From the NCBI GenBank assembly GCA_030704615.1, contig CM060731.1, positions 18,848,001 to 18,912,000 of the forward strand: DNA of 64,000 bases, given 5' to 3'. The first letter of the stretch is position 1. Each line of letters starts with the position of its first letter. This DNA is from Takakia lepidozioides. Its lineage: Eukaryota > Plantae > Bryophyta. This document shows positions 60,521 through 64,000 of this stretch, in pieces. The notes beneath the pieces were generated by a model. The model was not told where the DNA came from, did not search any database, and saw nothing but the letters and a program-made list of their open reading frames with translations. Both the position numbers and the translations under genes were made by a program.

Positions 60521-62339
60521 ATGGCAGAATGCTTTGAGACCAAATTATCGACAAAGAATGCAACAATTTTGAGTTGTGAAAGTGCAACCACTTCTATTGT
60601 GCATTTGGCATTGGATGAGACTTTGTGGACTAACCTGCCTCAACATCTTATTGAAAAAGTATTAAGCATATCCTCCATATGTCATCTTTAAGAATTCATA
60701 GATAGAATAACTCGTTTTGTTCATCTAGCTGGCCTGAATCCATTTGTGAACTAGTTCATGTTTTTTCAATGTTATTGTGAGTATAATATATGAAATAATT
60801 GAGTGGGGATGTTTAGGGTTATGTAATTATATTGCTCAGTTTTCAGTTTCAATATATTATTTTATTGGTGCTTTAAATAATTTATTTTATTGACCTATTA
60901 TAAGAATTTTATCTAATATCTTTTGTAGAGCATCCAAACTCGAATCTAACAAAAAATGTAAAATTCTAGGTAAGATAAGTGATGAGAATTCATGGCTAAC
61001 ACATGTTTGTATTAAGGGGGTTTAAACGGACTTGCTTTGCTTTCTATGAGAATATAACTTAATCAACGAGATATAGAGGTCATCTTGATATCCTGTTAAT
61101 ATCGAAGATGCCATAATAAAATAAATCAGATGTTGTAAACATGTAATTCTAGGCTTCTCTGAACGTTGACATCATGTCAATTCATATTCCTTTGTAAACC
61201 TTGTGGTAGTGAAAATAAAATAAGCATGCTTATTTCTGCATCAATGGAGGACTTTGTAAACATGTTAATTTGTTGTTTGGACCACAATTGACAAGTTGTT
61301 TAGACTGGGTTGTTTTTGTTGTTAGGTATTAGTATGGTTGCCTATCCCAACATTTTTACGATTCCGATCTGTATGCAAGACTTGGAACATGCTCTTGACT
61401 TCTTCAGTTTTTTTGAAAGAGTGTGGCGACATACCCTCTCAAGGGCCATGGTTCTTGATGTTCAAAAATGACCACTACAGGGAGGCGACTACTTATAACC
61501 CATCTCTTAATAGCTGGCACCATATTCCCCTTCTTGTTGCAGCTGCCCCTGGCCAAATTAGTTTTCATGTTGCTGCAGCTGGGGGCCTTCTATGTTATTA
61601 TGCAGCCGAATGTGATAGTGTTGTGGTTTGTAATCCACTTACAAGATCTTGGCGCAAATTACCCCTCACTCTACGAATTCAGTTCTTCCAACCTGTGGGT
61701 ATGGTAGTAGATAGACCAACAAGATCTTACAAAGTTGTCGTTGCAGGAATTTGGGCCACGTATGGGGCTTGCTATCCTACAGCTGAGGTCTTTGACTCAG
61801 CCACTAATACTTGGAAGATTACTAAGAACACGCCTCCAAATTTTCCATTGCATCCACCAGGAATTTTATGTAATGGGGTTTTGTATTGGCGGTGTCATGA
61901 ACCTCACGGATTAACCACTTACGACATGCATGAAGAGGTTTGGAATCAGATACATGCACCTTTACCATATTCATTTGAGAGTTATGGACTGGTAGAATGT
62001 CAAGGAAAATTATACATGGTTGGCAGACTGGATGAAGACAATACAACCAAAAGCATTTGCATCTTGGAGCTTCAAATGATACAATTGTGTTGGAGGGAAG
62101 TGGATCGAATGTCTGACACATTGTTAGAAGAGTTTCTACGGGACGCAACCAATGATGCTTACTTTCGATGCATTGGACATAGTGATTTGGTGTTACTTAG
62201 CATGTGCGGCCGAGACATGCCTCAGTTACTATATGATGTGTCCAAAATGTCATGGCGACGTTTGCCTAGGTGCTCCATGCTTGAGCACCGGATGGTTGAT
62301 GGGTTCTCTTTTGAACCACGATTGGATGCTCTAGTCTAG
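60521..62339 (+). CDS. F-box protein with beta-propeller (kelch/FBA-like, At5g15710-like) substrate domain; exons 60521-60658 and 61326-62339
   Basis: LWTNLPQHLIEK|VLVWLPIPTFLRFRSVCKTW F-box, then AAAGGLLC, VVCNPLTRSWRKLP, AEVFDSATNTW, LVECQGKLYMVG and C-terminal FEPRLDA. Confidence 0.92.
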
Positions 62340-63208
62340 TGACTACAATATCATCTAAGAGTGTTCTCTGGGACATTTGTGAAAGAGATTGTTGATGATT
62401 GAAATTCTACAAATTTCAAAAATATAAAATATTGTAGAAATGACCCACTTTTGCAATGTGAAGTTCAATTGAAACATGTACTAGACATTTGGCTCTCGGT
62501 TTTTTGTAACTACATTTGGTTAATTAGCTCCGTAGTCCAAAGAAGTTCCAACCAAAAATCTCTTCGGTGCATTAAGCTGGATTAAGTAGATGTACCCTCT
62601 ACATGGATTGTACTTAGATAGATTGCTGAGGAACTAACAAAGAGTAATCCATTCACAGAGAATAAGCAAAGAAGGGGTTATGTTCTTGGATATCCATATC
62701 TATTCACCTCGATCCGTTAGATGACCTTTGAGAAACCAATAAAGGTTTCATGCATAGTGATAACAACTTGTAGAAGGTACTCATCAATTAACCTGGCGTG
62801 TCATTTAAAAGCAAAACAACACGAATTGCATTAGGCCCGCCACTGATCCAAAAACAATGGAAAAAATTCTGAAATTTCATAGGGCCGGACGGTCACTCCC
62901 TAAAACAAAACGTCTTAAAATCAAAAACATTTAAATCCTTCTATTTATTATCACCAGTAACTGCTAGCTTAGTTTGGTTGGTGCATTGTGTGCCACCTAG
63001 GTGATCCTGGTTTCAAATCTTGCTATCTTGGTGTGTGTGGCATTATCTAGTTTTTGGGGTCCAATCTCGTGTACCTCATGGCTCATAATGAAAGGAGGCT
63101 ATTATTTACTATTATTTTAGTAACAATTTATTCAGTGGTTATAATCAAGTGCATATATATATCACAGGGAAGAGGCTCTTATTTACGCTGGCTGATGTCA
63201 TATATATA

Positions 63209-63990
63209 TCATCCATAATAAACTTGAAAAATCATTCATTTGATTTTCATAAGTTGCTCAATAACAAAGGTGCAAAAGAGAGGTGACACCTTGGGAAGGC
63301 ACAACAAGTGCTTATCAATTTTTTGACCTTGATGTATAGTCGTCTCCTTGTGAATAGTGGAATTTACTTTCATCCATAATACAATTGAAAAGTCATCCAT
63401 AATAGAATTAAAAAGTCATCCATTTATTTTTCATAAGTTGTTCAATAATGCAAAGGAGAGGAAAGGAGAGGATGTGACACTTGGGGGAAGGCACAAGAGA
63501 TGTGATTTTTGACACTGAAGTGTACCGTACTTGCCTATGCTATTCGTCAGGCCCCACCGGACTAATTAATTTTTCTTAAACAAGGGGTCTGGTAGGCTTT
63601 TTTATAATTTCTGTAGTTCCGAAAATTTTCATGATAAATAATAAAATAACACTCATATCACATATGTGTGTGGTTAGTGCAATGGTATTGAAAGTAAATT
63701 CGGAAGGGCAGGTCTGGGGGTTGAATTTTTGACATTCATTCCTGGGAGGGCTTTATTTTAAAAAATTTCGGCATTTTTGTTTTGCATTTAATTTTCATCG
63801 GATAGCACAGGTACGGTAGTCTCCTTGTGAATAGTGAAATCCACTTTCATCCATAATAAACTTAAAAATTCATCCATTTAATTTTCATAAGTGTTCAATG
63901 AGAGAACTAAAAGAGAGGAGGTGATACATGGGGAAGGAAGAATAGGTCCTCAGCAATTTTATTTTTGACACTGATGCGTATCTCCTCTTT
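63209..63990. repeat. Diverged ~160-185 bp tandem repeat (about 3 copies)
   Basis: catccataat.aa.tt.aaaa.tcat.cattt.attttcataagt..caat...gagag..gtga.ac..ggg.aagg..tttttgac..tga.g occurs at ~63209, ~63395 and ~63848. Confidence 0.8.
63525..63816. mobile_element. 292-bp Tc1/mariner-pogo-type MITE with TA target duplication
   Basis: TA|CCGTACTTGCCTAT...ATAGCACAGGTACGG|TA. The neighbouring repeat unit shows the uninterrupted site (..gtatagtcgtctccttgtgaatagtg). Confidence 0.8.
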
Positions 63991-64000
63991 AGGATAAAGA

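Overview
Eukaryotic genomic DNA from a land plant, most likely a seed-free plant such as a moss. This is inferred from the Tcn1-like and PHD-finger Ty3/gypsy elements, a half-tRNA-primed copia and PLS-class PPR debris. Left gene block (1-16.7 kb): a bromodomain protein (-), a TPT/nucleotide-sugar-family transporter (+), a 3-exon membrane-anchored protein with a Cys-rich exon and a KKVRF motif (-), and an intronless Ser/Arg-rich linker-histone (GH1) derivative resembling a protamine-like sperm protein (+). Middle (17-44 kb) is a nested transposon island. It holds an endonuclease-bearing Helitron (Helentron-like) relic, an L1 ORF1, two near-identical defective piggyBac transposase segments and a telomere-like TGTAACCC array between LTR termini. 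It also holds a gypsy integrase ending in a PHD finger, PPR fragments, a Tcn1-like chromovirus with visible self-priming and -1 frameshift signals, an L1 ORF2 relic and a copia element. Right block: AP-1 gamma-adaptin (-), a second diverged piggyBac family interrupted by a CACTA element with intact termini, an F-box gene (+), and a TA-flanked MITE in a tandem repeat. The most notable items are the protamine-like H1 gene, two piggyBac families in a plant, the PHD-reader gypsy with its satellite-filled derivative, and the Helentron. All calls come from reading and translating the sequence by eye; no database searches were run.
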